From Candidatus Hodarchaeota archaeon (GTDB taxonomy: Archaea > Asgardarchaeota > Lokiarchaeia > Sigyniarchaeales > SOKP01), in NCBI GenBank assembly GCA_048887225.1, contig JBHLJY010000005.1, positions 128,001-192,000 on the forward strand: a DNA stretch of 64,000 nt. Reading direction: 5' to 3'. Position numbers and translations under genes: made by a program. Shown one piece after another: positions 51,956-62,331 of the stretch. The notes under the pieces are model-generated. The model worked only from the letters and a program-made list of their open reading frames with translations. It was not told the DNA's origin and searched no databases. Each line of letters opens with the position of its first letter. Within the stretch, counting starts at the first letter, position 1.

Positions 51956-53329
51956 TTAAAATTTAAAATTTTTACTTAACTTATCCATAAACGCTGCGGC
52001 ACCTTTTCCCATTCCAGGAATTTGTAATCCTTTTCCTTTTTTACGTGCTTGCATAAATCTTCGCATTAGTTTTTTCATTTGGGAGTATTGGTCGAGCATT
52101 TTATTAATTACAGCATATTCCGTGCCCGACCCTATAGCAATCCTCTTTTTCCTTGTTTTTCTAATGATTTTTGGGGATTCTTTCTCCTCCTGCGTCATTG
52201 AATCTAATACCACGCGCCATTTTTCAATGTTTCTTTCCGCGTCTTCTTTCAGTACATCTGGAATATTCCCTCCGCCCATCATTGCGAGTATTTCTTTGAA
52301 TTTTCCTATTTTTTTAATGTTTTTCAATTGAAGGTAGAGATCTTCTAAATTAAATTTTCCGCGCATCATTCTTTTAACCGTTTCTGGATCTGGCATAGCT
52401 TCCGCTTCTTGAACCCTTTGAACTAGCGCATCTAAATTTGGTACACCCAATAGGGTACCTACAAAACTGGTAGGTTCGAACTCTTCTATAGCTTCTATTT
52501 TTTCACCAACACCGATAAATCTGATACCGATATTTGCAGCAACACAAGCTGATAAGGCACCACCTCCTTTAGCAGTTCCATCTAATTTTGTTACAATAAT
52601 CGAACCGAGATTCGTTGTTTTGGCAAATTCTTCGGCTTGATTAAAAGCTTGTTGTCCAAGTGTTCCGTCTATTACAAGAATTACTTCGTTTGGCTTTAAT
52701 TTTTGTTCTAAAACCGCCATTTCTTTCATTAATTCTTTTTCTTCTTTGTGTCTCCCCGCAGTATCCACTATAATTATTTCATTTCCATCATTCATTGCTT
52801 TTTTTGTTTCTTGAATGCCAATTTTAATAGCATTTTTCTCTTTAGGATTTCCATAACATTTAACTCCGATTTGTTTCGTCAATTGAACAAGTTGTTCATA
52901 AGCTCCAGGACGATAAGTATCAGTCGTTAATGCAGCGACATTATAGCCCTTACTTTTATAAAATTTTGCCAGTTTTCCAACCGTTGTCGTCTTACCTGAC
53001 CCTTGGATACCCACAAGTAAAATTATATTTTTTTTCCCTGATTTTAACCGCATGGGAGCTTGTTTTCCACCTAAAACGCGAATGAGTTCGTCGTGAATTA
53101 ACGAAATAATGAAATCTTTTCTCTTAGCTTTCTGAAGTTTCGTATTCATTGCTTCTCTCTTTATATTCTCTGTCATTTCATAGACAAGCTCAACTTTAAC
53201 ATCACCACTAAGTAAACTGCGCTGCAAATCTTGAATGAGGGCATTTATTGCGTCTTTATCAACTTTAGGTAAGCGCCTTATTTTTCGAATAGCATTGTCT
53301 AAAGATCTTCCAAGCTTTTCTAAAACCAT
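51956..53329 (-). CDS. srp54: Signal recognition particle protein SRP54
   Basis: GIQGSGKTT, DTYRPGA, DTAGRH, TKLDGTAKGGGA, M-domain SMT..E, RIAIGSG. Confidence 0.97.
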   Translation of the reverse strand: MVLEKLGRSLDNAIRKIRRLPKVDKDAINALIQDLQRSLLSGDVKVELVYEMTENIKREAMNTKLQKAKRKDFIISLIHDELIRVLGGKQAPMRLKSGKKNIILLVGIQGSGKTTTVGKLAKFYKSKGYNVAALTTDTYRPGAYEQLVQLTKQIGVKCYGNPKEKNAIKIGIQETKKAMNDGNEIIIVDTAGRHKEEKELMKEMAVLEQKLKPNEVILVIDGTLGQQAFNQAEEFAKTTNLGSIIVTKLDGTAKGGGALSACVAANIGIRFIGVGEKIEAIEEFEPTSFVGTLLGVPNLDALVQRVQEAEAMPDPETVKRMMRGKFNLEDLYLQLKNIKKIGKFKEILAMMGGGNIPDVLKEDAERNIEKWRVVLDSMTQEEKESPKIIRKTRKKRIAIGSGTEYAVINKMLDQYSQMKKLMRRFMQARKKGKGLQIPGMGKGAAAFMDKLSKNFKF

Positions 53330-53475
53330 AAGTCAAATAAACTCTACTTTTTTTCCCTATTCTAAAAAATACTTAAAAACTAATATTTTTTTTTGACTAA
53401 AAATAAATATTATATAAAAAAAAAGAAATATCAAAATTAAAAATATTTGTAAATTAACTAGGATTGGTGTTTACA

Positions 53476-53904
53476 ATTAGCATCCGTAGAACTGAGATTC
53501 AGAAGCTTAAAACTGGAAATTTTATTATGGTTGATGACGAGCCTTGTGTTATAAAAAGTACCGAACGCTCAAAAAGTGGCAAACATGGGCATGCGAAAGT
53601 CCGGGTGGTGTGTGTAGGAACGTTTGACAATAATAAGAGATCATTAACTTTTCCAAGCGGTCAGATGGTTGAAGTTCCTGAGATTATAAAAGGCAGTGCA
53701 CAGATTAATTATATTGAGGACACACTCATTAATATCATGGATTTAGAAAGTTACGAATCAATGGATATAAACTGGCCCAAAGATGAAAATTTAGTAAAAA
53801 AATTAAAAGATCTCCAAGCAGTTCCTAGCAAAATGTCATCTGCACAAGTAGAATATTGGCAATTGGCTGGAAAAACACTGATTAATAGAGTATTTACTAC
53901 ATAA
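53476..53904 (+). CDS. eif5a: Translation initiation factor aIF5A (probable ATT start; track start is TTG at 53464)
   Basis: Hypusine motif SKSGKHGHAK; IMDLESYE. Confidence 0.93.
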   Translation: MSIRRTEIQKLKTGNFIMVDDEPCVIKSTERSKSGKHGHAKVRVVCVGTFDNNKRSLTFPSGQMVEVPEIIKGSAQINYIEDTLINIMDLESYESMDINWPKDENLVKKLKDLQAVPSKMSSAQVEYWQLAGKTLINRVFTT

Positions 53905-54002
53905 CTCCTTTCATAGAATCTTATTTAATAGTTCTTATTTAATTATTTTTTTAAAAAATATTAAAAACTATTTAATTCCAATTAAGAGAGTTTGGTTTTC
54001 TT

Positions 54003-54911
54003 ATGGAGAAAAAAGCGATTGCAATAGCTTGCCGAATGGATTCGGAAAGAGCAATTAAATTAGCTAAGAGAGTTTTTGAGTTTCTCATAAAAAAAGGCGA
54101 AGTAGTTTATTTAGAAACTAGGATAGCGCCAAAAATCTTAATCCATAGTGGGAAAGACCTAAATGATATGACCTCAAAGAGTATAAAATTTTTAATATCG
54201 ATTGGCGGTGATGGAACCATTCTCAGAGTATCAAATGGTTTGTCTCAACACGATCCGCCCCCTATATTTGGAGTAAATATTGGCTCTGTAGGATTTTTGG
54301 ACGAATCAAACGAAAGAATAGTATTTAAAGATTTAACGCCCTTATTAAATGGAGATTATCTAATTGAAAAATGTTCTAAAATCACCCCTTATATAGTTAA
54401 AGAGAACGATGAAATAAAACTCAGCAACGCGCTAAACGAGATATTAATTGTTTCTTCCAAGAGTTCAAAAGTTTTACAAGTTTCTATTTCTATTAATGGG
54501 GTTTTCCTCAATCGAAGCTATTTAGATGGAGTAATTATTTCGACGTCTACAGGTTCCACTGCATATAATTTAAGTGCTGGTGGTTCAATACTTACACCAA
54601 ACACGGAAATCATGCAATTGACTCCTCTAAATTCGTTTGCTCGTTCTGGATTAAGACCTATAGTTCTTCCTATTGAATCAGAAGTAGAAATTAGACTTCT
54701 GAGACCCCGATTGAACGCTAAAATTGTAATAGATGGTCAACAAACCATAAAAGATATTCAGCCAAATACGATAATAAGAGTTAGGAAAGCAAATTCTGAG
54801 ACACACCTCATCCGCTTATCTAAAAACCTATATGAGAATTATTTTAAAAGATTAAGAAAGAAAATTATTGGAACAGTAAGGGTTCCTTTAGATGACTCTC
54901 CAGAGGAATAA
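54003..54911 (+). CDS. nadK: NAD kinase
   Basis: GGDGT, G.VGFL, ALNE, DG..ISTSTGSTAYNLSAGG. Confidence 0.93.
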   Translation: MEKKAIAIACRMDSERAIKLAKRVFEFLIKKGEVVYLETRIAPKILIHSGKDLNDMTSKSIKFLISIGGDGTILRVSNGLSQHDPPPIFGVNIGSVGFLDESNERIVFKDLTPLLNGDYLIEKCSKITPYIVKENDEIKLSNALNEILIVSSKSSKVLQVSISINGVFLNRSYLDGVIISTSTGSTAYNLSAGGSILTPNTEIMQLTPLNSFARSGLRPIVLPIESEVEIRLLRPRLNAKIVIDGQQTIKDIQPNTIIRVRKANSETHLIRLSKNLYENYFKRLRKKIIGTVRVPLDDSPEE

Positions 54912-55446
54912 TAATAAAAATAAAGAAATTTTAATTTTTGATACAAACATTTTTCTAACTGGTATAGACTTCAATTTAATTAACGGTATAATATATAGTA
55001 CGCCAAATATCATTAATGAAATTAAAATAGATAAATATGTTAATAAAAATAGAAATATTTTGAATAAAATCCAAGCTGCAATTGACACTAAAAAGCTAAT
55101 TTTAAAAGTACCATCAAATGAATACATAGATGAGGTAGAAAAAAAATCAAGATTAACCGGAGATTATAGCGCTTTATCAAATGCAGATAAAGAATTAATC
55201 GGGTTAACTTTAGAGTTGATGGAAACACTAACCAAAAACGTAATAATTTATACGAACGATTATTCAATAGAAAATGTATGTTCGCAATTGAACATCCCTT
55301 TCTCTCCTTTATTAAAAAATGGAATTAAATCAAAAATTATCTGGGAAATTTTTTGCCCTTTCTGTAAAGAAAGTCATAAAGCTGAAGATTTAAATAAAAA
55401 CTGTGTAAGATGTGGATCAAAACTAAAGAGAAGACCAAAAAAATAA
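54892..55446 (+). CDS. nob1: Nob1 rRNA-maturation PIN endonuclease
   Basis: FDTN, TGD...LS.AD, TNDY.IEN, C-terminal CPFC..CVRCG Zn-ribbon. Confidence 0.88.
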   Translation: MTLQRNNNKNKEILIFDTNIFLTGIDFNLINGIIYSTPNIINEIKIDKYVNKNRNILNKIQAAIDTKKLILKVPSNEYIDEVEKKSRLTGDYSALSNADKELIGLTLELMETLTKNVIIYTNDYSIENVCSQLNIPFSPLLKNGIKSKIIWEIFCPFCKESHKAEDLNKNCVRCGSKLKRRPKK

Positions 55447-55516
55447 AAGATCTTAGTGGTTATTATCTAAGTAAGCATCTAAATAATAATTAAAGAACTC
55501 TCAACCAAGATAAAAA

Positions 55517-56551
55517 ATGGGCGTCAAAATAAACGATTTGGTGAAAACAGTAAAAAGATCTATAACCTTCGAGAATTTATTTTCAAAAGTAGTAGCCATC
55601 GATGCATTTAATACCATATACCAATTCTTAGCTATTATACGTCAAAGAGATGGAACGCCTTTAAAAGATTACGAGGGTAATGTTACATCACATCTTTCAG
55701 GTTTATTTTATAGAACAATCAATTTTTTAGAGAATAATATTAAGCCTATATATGTATTTGATGGAACGCCTTCGGATTTAAAATTAGAAACAATAATAGA
55801 AAGAAAAAAAGTAAAAAACGAAGCTAAAGAGAAAATGATAAAAGCACAAGAGAGAGAGGACTTTAGAGAAGCAAAAAAATTTGCTCAAATGACTTCCAAG
55901 CTCGATTCTAATATGATTCAAGAGAGTAAAAAATTAATACAAAATCTTGGGATTCCAATTGTACAAGCAACTTCGGAAGGAGAGGCTCAATCTGCATATT
56001 TAGTTGAGAAAGGTGATGCATGGGCGTGTGCATCTCAAGATTACGATACATTATTATTTGGATCTGAGAGATTAGTGCGAAATTTCGCAGTAAGTCGAAG
56101 TAAAAAGGTTAAGGATACTACAGTTACTTTAGATATCGAATATATTTCTTTATCAAAATTTTTAAACAATTTAGGGATAACCAGAGAACAATTAATTGAT
56201 ATGGGGATTTTAATAGGAACAGATTTTTTTCCAGGTATTAAAGGAATCGGACAACATAAAGCTTTAGAGTTAATAAGAGAACATAAATCAATAGAAAGTA
56301 TTATAAAAAATAAGGTTAAAGGGATTGAAATAGAATTAGAAGTAGTTAATCGAATAAAAGAAATTTTTTTAAGTCCTGATATCAAAAAAGAATATCCGAA
56401 ATTAGTCTGGAGTAAAATTAACTACGATAATATTGAAGAGTTATTAATTGAGCAACATAATTTTTCGAAATCGAGAGTTCAAAATGCATTAGAACGTTTA
56501 AGGAAAAAAGATACTTCTAAAACTCAAATTTCACTGGATAAATATTTTTAA
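55517..56551 (+). CDS. fen: Flap endonuclease 1
   Basis: MGV, IDAFN..YQFL, TSHLSGLFYRT, VFDG, EGEAQ, SQDYD, GTDF; PIP box QISLDKYF. Confidence 0.97.
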   Translation: MGVKINDLVKTVKRSITFENLFSKVVAIDAFNTIYQFLAIIRQRDGTPLKDYEGNVTSHLSGLFYRTINFLENNIKPIYVFDGTPSDLKLETIIERKKVKNEAKEKMIKAQEREDFREAKKFAQMTSKLDSNMIQESKKLIQNLGIPIVQATSEGEAQSAYLVEKGDAWACASQDYDTLLFGSERLVRNFAVSRSKKVKDTTVTLDIEYISLSKFLNNLGITREQLIDMGILIGTDFFPGIKGIGQHKALELIREHKSIESIIKNKVKGIEIELEVVNRIKEIFLSPDIKKEYPKLVWSKINYDNIEELLIEQHNFSKSRVQNALERLRKKDTSKTQISLDKYF

Positions 56552-56651
56552 CAAATAAAAATTTCTTTTATATTTGCAAAAGCAAAAACTTTTACAGAAT
56601 TTAATTATTTAATATATATAACATATTAATTCTAATAATAATTGAATATTT

Positions 56652-58880
56652 ATGACTGAAGGAGAAAAAACCGATAAAATCGACGATTCATACCCTAGAC
56701 ATACTCTCAGAGTCCAGAAGGCCAAGAAACGTGATATCGGAAGAAATATTATTCGAATTGACCCTGAAACAATGGAAAAACTAAATATTCAAACAGGTGA
56801 TGTTATTGCTTTACAGGGTAAGAAAGAGAGTGCCGGTATTGCGTGGCCTAGTTATCCTCAAGATAATGGTTTAGGAATTGTTCGAATTGATTCTAGATTA
56901 AGGAAAAATACAGGAACTAGTATTGATGATTCTATTGAAATTAGGAAAATAGATGCGAAGATAGCACAAAATATTGTATTAGCTCCAGCCAGCGTTAAAA
57001 TTAGAACAAATCCAAGATTTGAATCTTTTGTAAAAAGAAAATTAAACAATTATCCAGTTACTATAGATGATATCATTCTCATTTCAATAGGGATAAGTAG
57101 AGAAATAACCTTTAAAGTAATTAGCTTAAGACCAAAGGGAATATGTATTATAAAACAAGATTCATCTTTGCATATCAGTGAACGTGTTACAGAAGAAGAA
57201 GAGAGGGGTGCTAATTACATAACATATGAAGATGTTGGTGGTTTAGACAGAGAGATACAGAGAGTGCGAGAAATGGTTGAATTACCCTTACGCCATCCTT
57301 CATTATTTAAACGTTTAGGGATAGACCCTCCAAAAGGAGTGCTATTAAGGGGACCACCAGGGTGTGGGAAGACTTTATTGGCTAGAGCGGTTGCCAATGA
57401 AAGTGAAGCACACTTCATATCAATAAATGGTCCAGAAATTATGAGCAAATTTTATGGTGAATCTGAAAAAAAATTGAGGAAGCTTTTTATTGAAGCAGAA
57501 GAAAAAAGTCCTTCAATAATTTTTATAGATGAACTTGACGCTATTGCTCCAAAAAGAGAAACTGTGACAGGAGAAGTAGAGCGTAGAGTTGTAGCACAAT
57601 TACTCGCTTTAATGGATGGATTACATAGTAGAGGGAGAACAATTGTTATAGGTGCTACAAATAGACCTAACAGCTTAGATTCCGCTTTACGCCGTCCAGG
57701 CCGATTTGATCGTGAAATTGAAATAAAAGTTCCTAATGAAAAGGGACGTCGAGAAATTTTTCAAATACACACCAGAAATATGCCACTTGATAAGAAGATC
57801 TCATTAAAAGAATTTTCTCAAATAACTCATGGATTTGTAGGAGCTGATATATCAGCAGTTTGCCGAGAAGCAGCTATGTCCGCTCTAAGAAGATATTTAC
57901 CTAAAATAGATTTAGAATCTGAATATATTGATCCTGAACTGTTAGAACAAATTCAAGTAACACCAAACGATTTTGAACAAGCATTAAAAGAAGTAATGCC
58001 TTCTGGAATAAGAGAAGTATTTGTGGAAGTACCAAATGTAACATGGGACCAAATAGGTGGATTAGATGATTTGAAGCAAAAATTAATAGAAGCGGTAGAT
58101 TGGCCTCTATCGCATCCGAAAATATTTAGCAGGATGGGTATCACTCCACCAAAAGGAATTTTGCTTTATGGACCACCTGGTTGTGGTAAAACTTTATTAG
58201 CTAGAGCAATAGCAACAGAAAGCAAAGCAAATTTTATATCTATCAAAGGTCCGGAGCTATTATCAAAATGGGTTGGAGAAAGTGAAAAAGCTATAAGAGA
58301 AGTGTTTAGAAAAGCTAAGATGGCGGCTCCATGCATTATTTTTTTTGACGAATTTGATTCAATTGCTCCTACTCGAGGTCGACACACATCAGATTCTGGT
58401 GTGTCAGAAAAGGTTTTATCTCAATTTTTAACTGAACTAGATGGATTAGAGGTTAAAAAAGATATCGTAGTAATAGCAGCAACAAATCGACCCGATATCT
58501 TAGATCCCGCATTGATTAGACCAGGTAGAATTGACCGTATTTTATTAGTTCCCCCCCCAGATGAGAATGGTACATTGGAAATTTTAAAAATCTATACTAG
58601 AGATATGCCCTTAACAAGTAATTTAAAGCTTACTACTTTAAATCAAATAGTTAAAGGTTTTTCTGGTGCGGATATAGAAACATATTGTCGTGAAGCCGCT
58701 ATGATCGCGCTAAGGGAAAATATTCGTGCTCGGAAAATATCGGAAGAGCATTTTAGGGAAGCAAGAGAATTAGTTAATCCAAGCATTACTCAAGAAATTA
58801 TTGATTGGTATAGAAAATTCGGAGAACGTTTAAAACTACGAAGAATAGAAGAATCAAAAGAAGATAGATTATTCGTATAA
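56652..58880 (+). CDS. cdc48: CDC48/VCP AAA ATPase
   Basis: N-domain plus two AAA modules (GPPGCGKT twice, IDELD/FDEFD, RPGRFD/RPGRID). Confidence 0.96.
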   Translation: MTEGEKTDKIDDSYPRHTLRVQKAKKRDIGRNIIRIDPETMEKLNIQTGDVIALQGKKESAGIAWPSYPQDNGLGIVRIDSRLRKNTGTSIDDSIEIRKIDAKIAQNIVLAPASVKIRTNPRFESFVKRKLNNYPVTIDDIILISIGISREITFKVISLRPKGICIIKQDSSLHISERVTEEEERGANYITYEDVGGLDREIQRVREMVELPLRHPSLFKRLGIDPPKGVLLRGPPGCGKTLLARAVANESEAHFISINGPEIMSKFYGESEKKLRKLFIEAEEKSPSIIFIDELDAIAPKRETVTGEVERRVVAQLLALMDGLHSRGRTIVIGATNRPNSLDSALRRPGRFDREIEIKVPNEKGRREIFQIHTRNMPLDKKISLKEFSQITHGFVGADISAVCREAAMSALRRYLPKIDLESEYIDPELLEQIQVTPNDFEQALKEVMPSGIREVFVEVPNVTWDQIGGLDDLKQKLIEAVDWPLSHPKIFSRMGITPPKGILLYGPPGCGKTLLARAIATESKANFISIKGPELLSKWVGESEKAIREVFRKAKMAAPCIIFFDEFDSIAPTRGRHTSDSGVSEKVLSQFLTELDGLEVKKDIVVIAATNRPDILDPALIRPGRIDRILLVPPPDENGTLEILKIYTRDMPLTSNLKLTTLNQIVKGFSGADIETYCREAAMIALRENIRARKISEEHFREARELVNPSITQEIIDWYRKFGERLKLRRIEESKEDRLFV

Positions 58881-58995
58881 AATTAAGAAAATTAATTAAA
58901 GAGATATTATTTTTAAAAACATCAATTAGTATCTATTTTTCAGTTGTATATATTGGTTAAAAAGATAAGAATTTAAATTTTAATGGTGAAATTTT

Positions 58996-59268
58996 ATCGA
59001 ATCGTATCGATGGAACCAAAAACCGATATTAAACTCAATTATCGAATTGATTATTAAAAATAAGGGAGAGATTCTAGATAAAAGAATAGAAGAATTACTG
59101 AAAAAAGAGTTTCCGTTTATTAACGCATTAATTTTAGAAGAAATTTTTATGAAACTGGAGATAATGAACATTATAAAGGTTTTCAGAGTTTCAAAGAATA
59201 AAAAGATGATTGTTTTAAATAAGGATAGTGAAATTATAAATGATCAATTGATGCGTGAATTGCATTAA
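58996..59268 (+). CDS. Small hypothetical protein (winged-helix-like); probable ATC start (track start is TTG at 59047)
   Basis: Frame open from 58990; GGTGA at 58985-58989; LMKLE-like FMKLEIMNIIKV. Confidence 0.5.
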   Translation: MESYRWNQKPILNSIIELIIKNKGEILDKRIEELLKKEFPFINALILEEIFMKLEIMNIIKVFRVSKNKKMIVLNKDSEIINDQLMRELH

Positions 59269-60791
59269 TTAATTTGTTTATCATGCCAATTTAAACAAAC
59301 TTGAGATAATGAAATATCTTCAACATTCGATTTATATTTCCTTTTTCTAATATCAATAAAAATCGGGTAATTTACGGCATTTCCAATTAATAACATTTCT
59401 CCCACACCTAAACTTGATATCATATTAGCGTATCCTTTAGAAATTGCCTCCGAACTGTCCATTAAATGCTTTAAATCATAAGGATTTTTTATGTTTAATA
59501 TCAATTTTGAATTTAGTTGAGAGAGCGCTGTTGCACTCAATCTTTTTGGTCTCTGGCTAATAAGACATAAGCATGCCATAAATTTCCTTCCTTCCCTTGC
59601 AATAGTCTCTATGATTGATTTTGATATTGCTCTTGAATGTGCTGCTTCCGGACAAAATTGGTGAGCTTCTTCAAGTATTAATAGAAAGGGAGGTATTTTT
59701 CTGAGTCTTCTTAAATAAAATAACCGGTTGCATAGATAATCAATAATAATTTGTTTTTTTCTGATACTAATTTCATTTGCGAGGTTAAAAATAGTTAATT
59801 CTCCTTGTTTGACAATATTATTTATAATTGGATTTTCTTGAGGTCCAAATAAATTTAGGCGATCTAATTCTGATAACCAACCAATCAAAGCTTGTTTAGT
59901 ACTTTTACTCAATTTTGTATCTCCATCAATAATATCAATTATATCTCTTAGAGAAAAGTTGTTTTTTTTATCGGGATCCCTATTAAGTTTCTGAATATAT
60001 GTTGTTAATTCGCGTATTTGCACATTAGAAATTTGTTCTTGATATTTCTTGAAAGACCATGCATTTAACTTAGGAACAGCAATATTCATATACGAAATAT
60101 CTTGTATTTTTATTTCATCCCTTAATTCATTCACTTCATTTAAATATACATATTCTCCATGTACATCAATTAAAATAATTGCTGGTGTGCCTAATTTATC
60201 TTCTCGGGTTAATAATTCTTCAATAATAATTGAGGCCAAATAACTTTTTCCGCCTCCGGAAATAGAGAGGATTGCAAAATGTTTATTGAATAAACGGTTC
60301 ATGCTGATTTTAGCATCAAAATTTGAGATATTAACTTTCCCTAAATTTAAACCCTGTTTAGGATCAAATCCAATAAAAATATTTAAAATATTCTCTTCCA
60401 CTAAATATACTTCTCCTCCTGGACTTGCGGGATAAGTCATTCTTTGAATCTTTTTTATCTTTTTTTGTTCTTCGTTTTCGAATTCAATTATTCCCAAACA
60501 TTTAACGATAGCAATAGCAAACTCAAAATCTTCGCTAGGAAAAAGTCCTTTCAAAATATTAGGATTATTATTGCTATTATAGGCTTTTATAGTTAATGCA
60601 TCAGAAAAATATTCGTTTAACAGTATTATTTTTTCAATTATACCAATCAAAAAACCTTCAATGGATTTAGTGTAAACAAATAAACCCTTCTTTACTAAAA
60701 TTCTATCTCTTCTTTTGTTTATTACAAAAGGAAATTTAGATACATCAGGTAGTTGGAGATAATTGAAAACAATTCCTACTTTAATAGACAT
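59265..60791 (-). CDS. HerA-like ATPase
   Basis: N-terminal HAS-barrel-like region, KHFAILSISGGGKS, IDVHGEY, LEEAH, IAREGRKF, SQRP. Confidence 0.85.
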   Translation of the reverse strand: MSIKVGIVFNYLQLPDVSKFPFVINKRRDRILVKKGLFVYTKSIEGFLIGIIEKIILLNEYFSDALTIKAYNSNNNPNILKGLFPSEDFEFAIAIVKCLGIIEFENEEQKKIKKIQRMTYPASPGGEVYLVEENILNIFIGFDPKQGLNLGKVNISNFDAKISMNRLFNKHFAILSISGGGKSYLASIIIEELLTREDKLGTPAIILIDVHGEYVYLNEVNELRDEIKIQDISYMNIAVPKLNAWSFKKYQEQISNVQIRELTTYIQKLNRDPDKKNNFSLRDIIDIIDGDTKLSKSTKQALIGWLSELDRLNLFGPQENPIINNIVKQGELTIFNLANEISIRKKQIIIDYLCNRLFYLRRLRKIPPFLLILEEAHQFCPEAAHSRAISKSIIETIAREGRKFMACLCLISQRPKRLSATALSQLNSKLILNIKNPYDLKHLMDSSEAISKGYANMISSLGVGEMLLIGNAVNYPIFIDIRKRKYKSNVEDISLSQVCLNWHDKQIN

Positions 60792-60923
60792 GATATCTTT
60801 ATATTTAAAATTTGAGTTAATTAATCTGCTTGAATTTATTTAAAAATAAGAGTAAATTTAAAGAAAATAAGAGTATTGATTTTTTGACTTTTGATACTCT
60901 CTAAAAAAAAGAGAAAATGGAGA

Positions 60924-61511
60924 TTAAATTTCTTCTTCGGGTGGCGATTTCTCTAAAGTAAAAAACATTGAAACAATTAAATAATAACCATTATGCCAAA
61001 GATAAAAGAATCCAATAACTAAACCCACAATCATAAAAATTATAAGCCCGACAAACAAAACTAACTGTCCTTGAGAGAAATCTTGCAAGAAAGTAAAAGA
61101 AATGCCAATAAAGAGTTCATAAAAGAAGGCAACTATTATACCAAGAATTATTGCTAAAACGCTTACCAATAAGCATATAGTTATAATTTGTATTGATATC
61201 CTATTTTTGTATTTAGAAAGTAAAACACGCTCACGAAAAATTGTCCTTAAAAAAAAAATGCGACCTTTTTTACTCATACCAATGCCAATAACTATTAACA
61301 CAAATAACCCAGCAAAAAGAGCCCCAATTATCGCAATCTGTAGACCAAGATTTAGACCTTGGAATAATTCTAACTTTCCTTCAGCCATAATTAGATCGGC
61401 AATCGTGTATACAACTCCTCCTATGGTTATAATACACGAAATAACAATTGCTATATAGAATATATTCGCTATGATTTTCTGGTAATTTGAATATATATTC
61501 ATTTCATTCAT
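60924..61511 (-). CDS. Hypothetical 4-TM membrane protein (paralog of 61557-62147)
   Basis: Shared DLIMAEGKLELF / LGLQIAIIG / LWHNGY motifs. Confidence 0.7.
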   Translation of the reverse strand: MNEMNIYSNYQKIIANIFYIAIVISCIITIGGVVYTIADLIMAEGKLELFQGLNLGLQIAIIGALFAGLFVLIVIGIGMSKKGRIFFLRTIFRERVLLSKYKNRISIQIITICLLVSVLAIILGIIVAFFYELFIGISFTFLQDFSQGQLVLFVGLIIFMIVGLVIGFFYLWHNGYYLIVSMFFTLEKSPPEEEI

Positions 61512-61556
61512 ATTTATTATATATTCTGAAATATTCCAATTCTTTTTTTAATTCTT

Positions 61557-62147
61557 TTAATCTTCTTCTTCAAGCGAATATAATAATTTAATTATAAGTC
61601 CGTAGCCATTGAACCACATATAAACACAGCCAAAAGCCAATAAAGTTACAATAAAATATAAAATACTGATGGTTAATGCTATTTGCCCCCCCGATAAATT
61701 TTCAGTAATGCCACCAAGCGTAAATTCAGTACCACCAATGATAGAACGAAGAATTTCGTAAATAAGCGCAATTACGATACCTATTATTATGGCAAATAAA
61801 CTCAGCATTAAAGCTCCCGCAGCAAATTTTACAGTTTTTCTATTTTTATATTTATCAACAAGTTCTCTTGGTCTATAGATGATGTTTAATAGGGCTGAGA
61901 CACCTCTCCTAAATAATCCATAAAATAGAATCAATAGAAAAAAGAGTCCTGCTAAAATACCGCCGATTATTGCGATTTGAATTCCCAAACTGAGCCTTAG
62001 AAATAGTTCAGTTTTCCCTACAGCCATTATTATATCCAATATGGTCCAGATTAAGGATCCAATTATCATTATAAATGAAATAACAAAGGAAATATAAAGT
62101 ACAGTACCAGTTATTTTTTGTCTATTTGTGTATTTTATATCGTTCAT
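61557..62147 (-). CDS. Hypothetical 4-TM membrane protein
   Basis: DIIMAVGKTELF / LGIQIAIIG / MWFNGY. Confidence 0.7.
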   Translation of the reverse strand: MNDIKYTNRQKITGTVLYISFVISFIMIIGSLIWTILDIIMAVGKTELFLRLSLGIQIAIIGGILAGLFFLLILFYGLFRRGVSALLNIIYRPRELVDKYKNRKTVKFAAGALMLSLFAIIIGIVIALIYEILRSIIGGTEFTLGGITENLSGGQIALTISILYFIVTLLAFGCVYMWFNGYGLIIKLLYSLEEED

Positions 62148-62331
62148 AATAATTTCTAACCAAAAATTTTATTTTATTATTGAAAAAATACCATTTAAGA
62201 TATTTAAAATTGCTGATATTGTTGACTATAAATATGTTTTTTTTCTATAAAAAATAATATTATTAATCTTAGAATTTTAAAACCTTAAATTTATATCATT
62301 CTTTAAAATAATAATAAAAAAAAAGAAATGC

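Noticed and set aside
59005-59031. Partial BHB (TATC/GATA, GG/CC) near the start of the small gene after cdc48
   Set aside because: Removing the 20 nt does not join the ATG at 58983 to the downstream ORF, and there is no outer helix.
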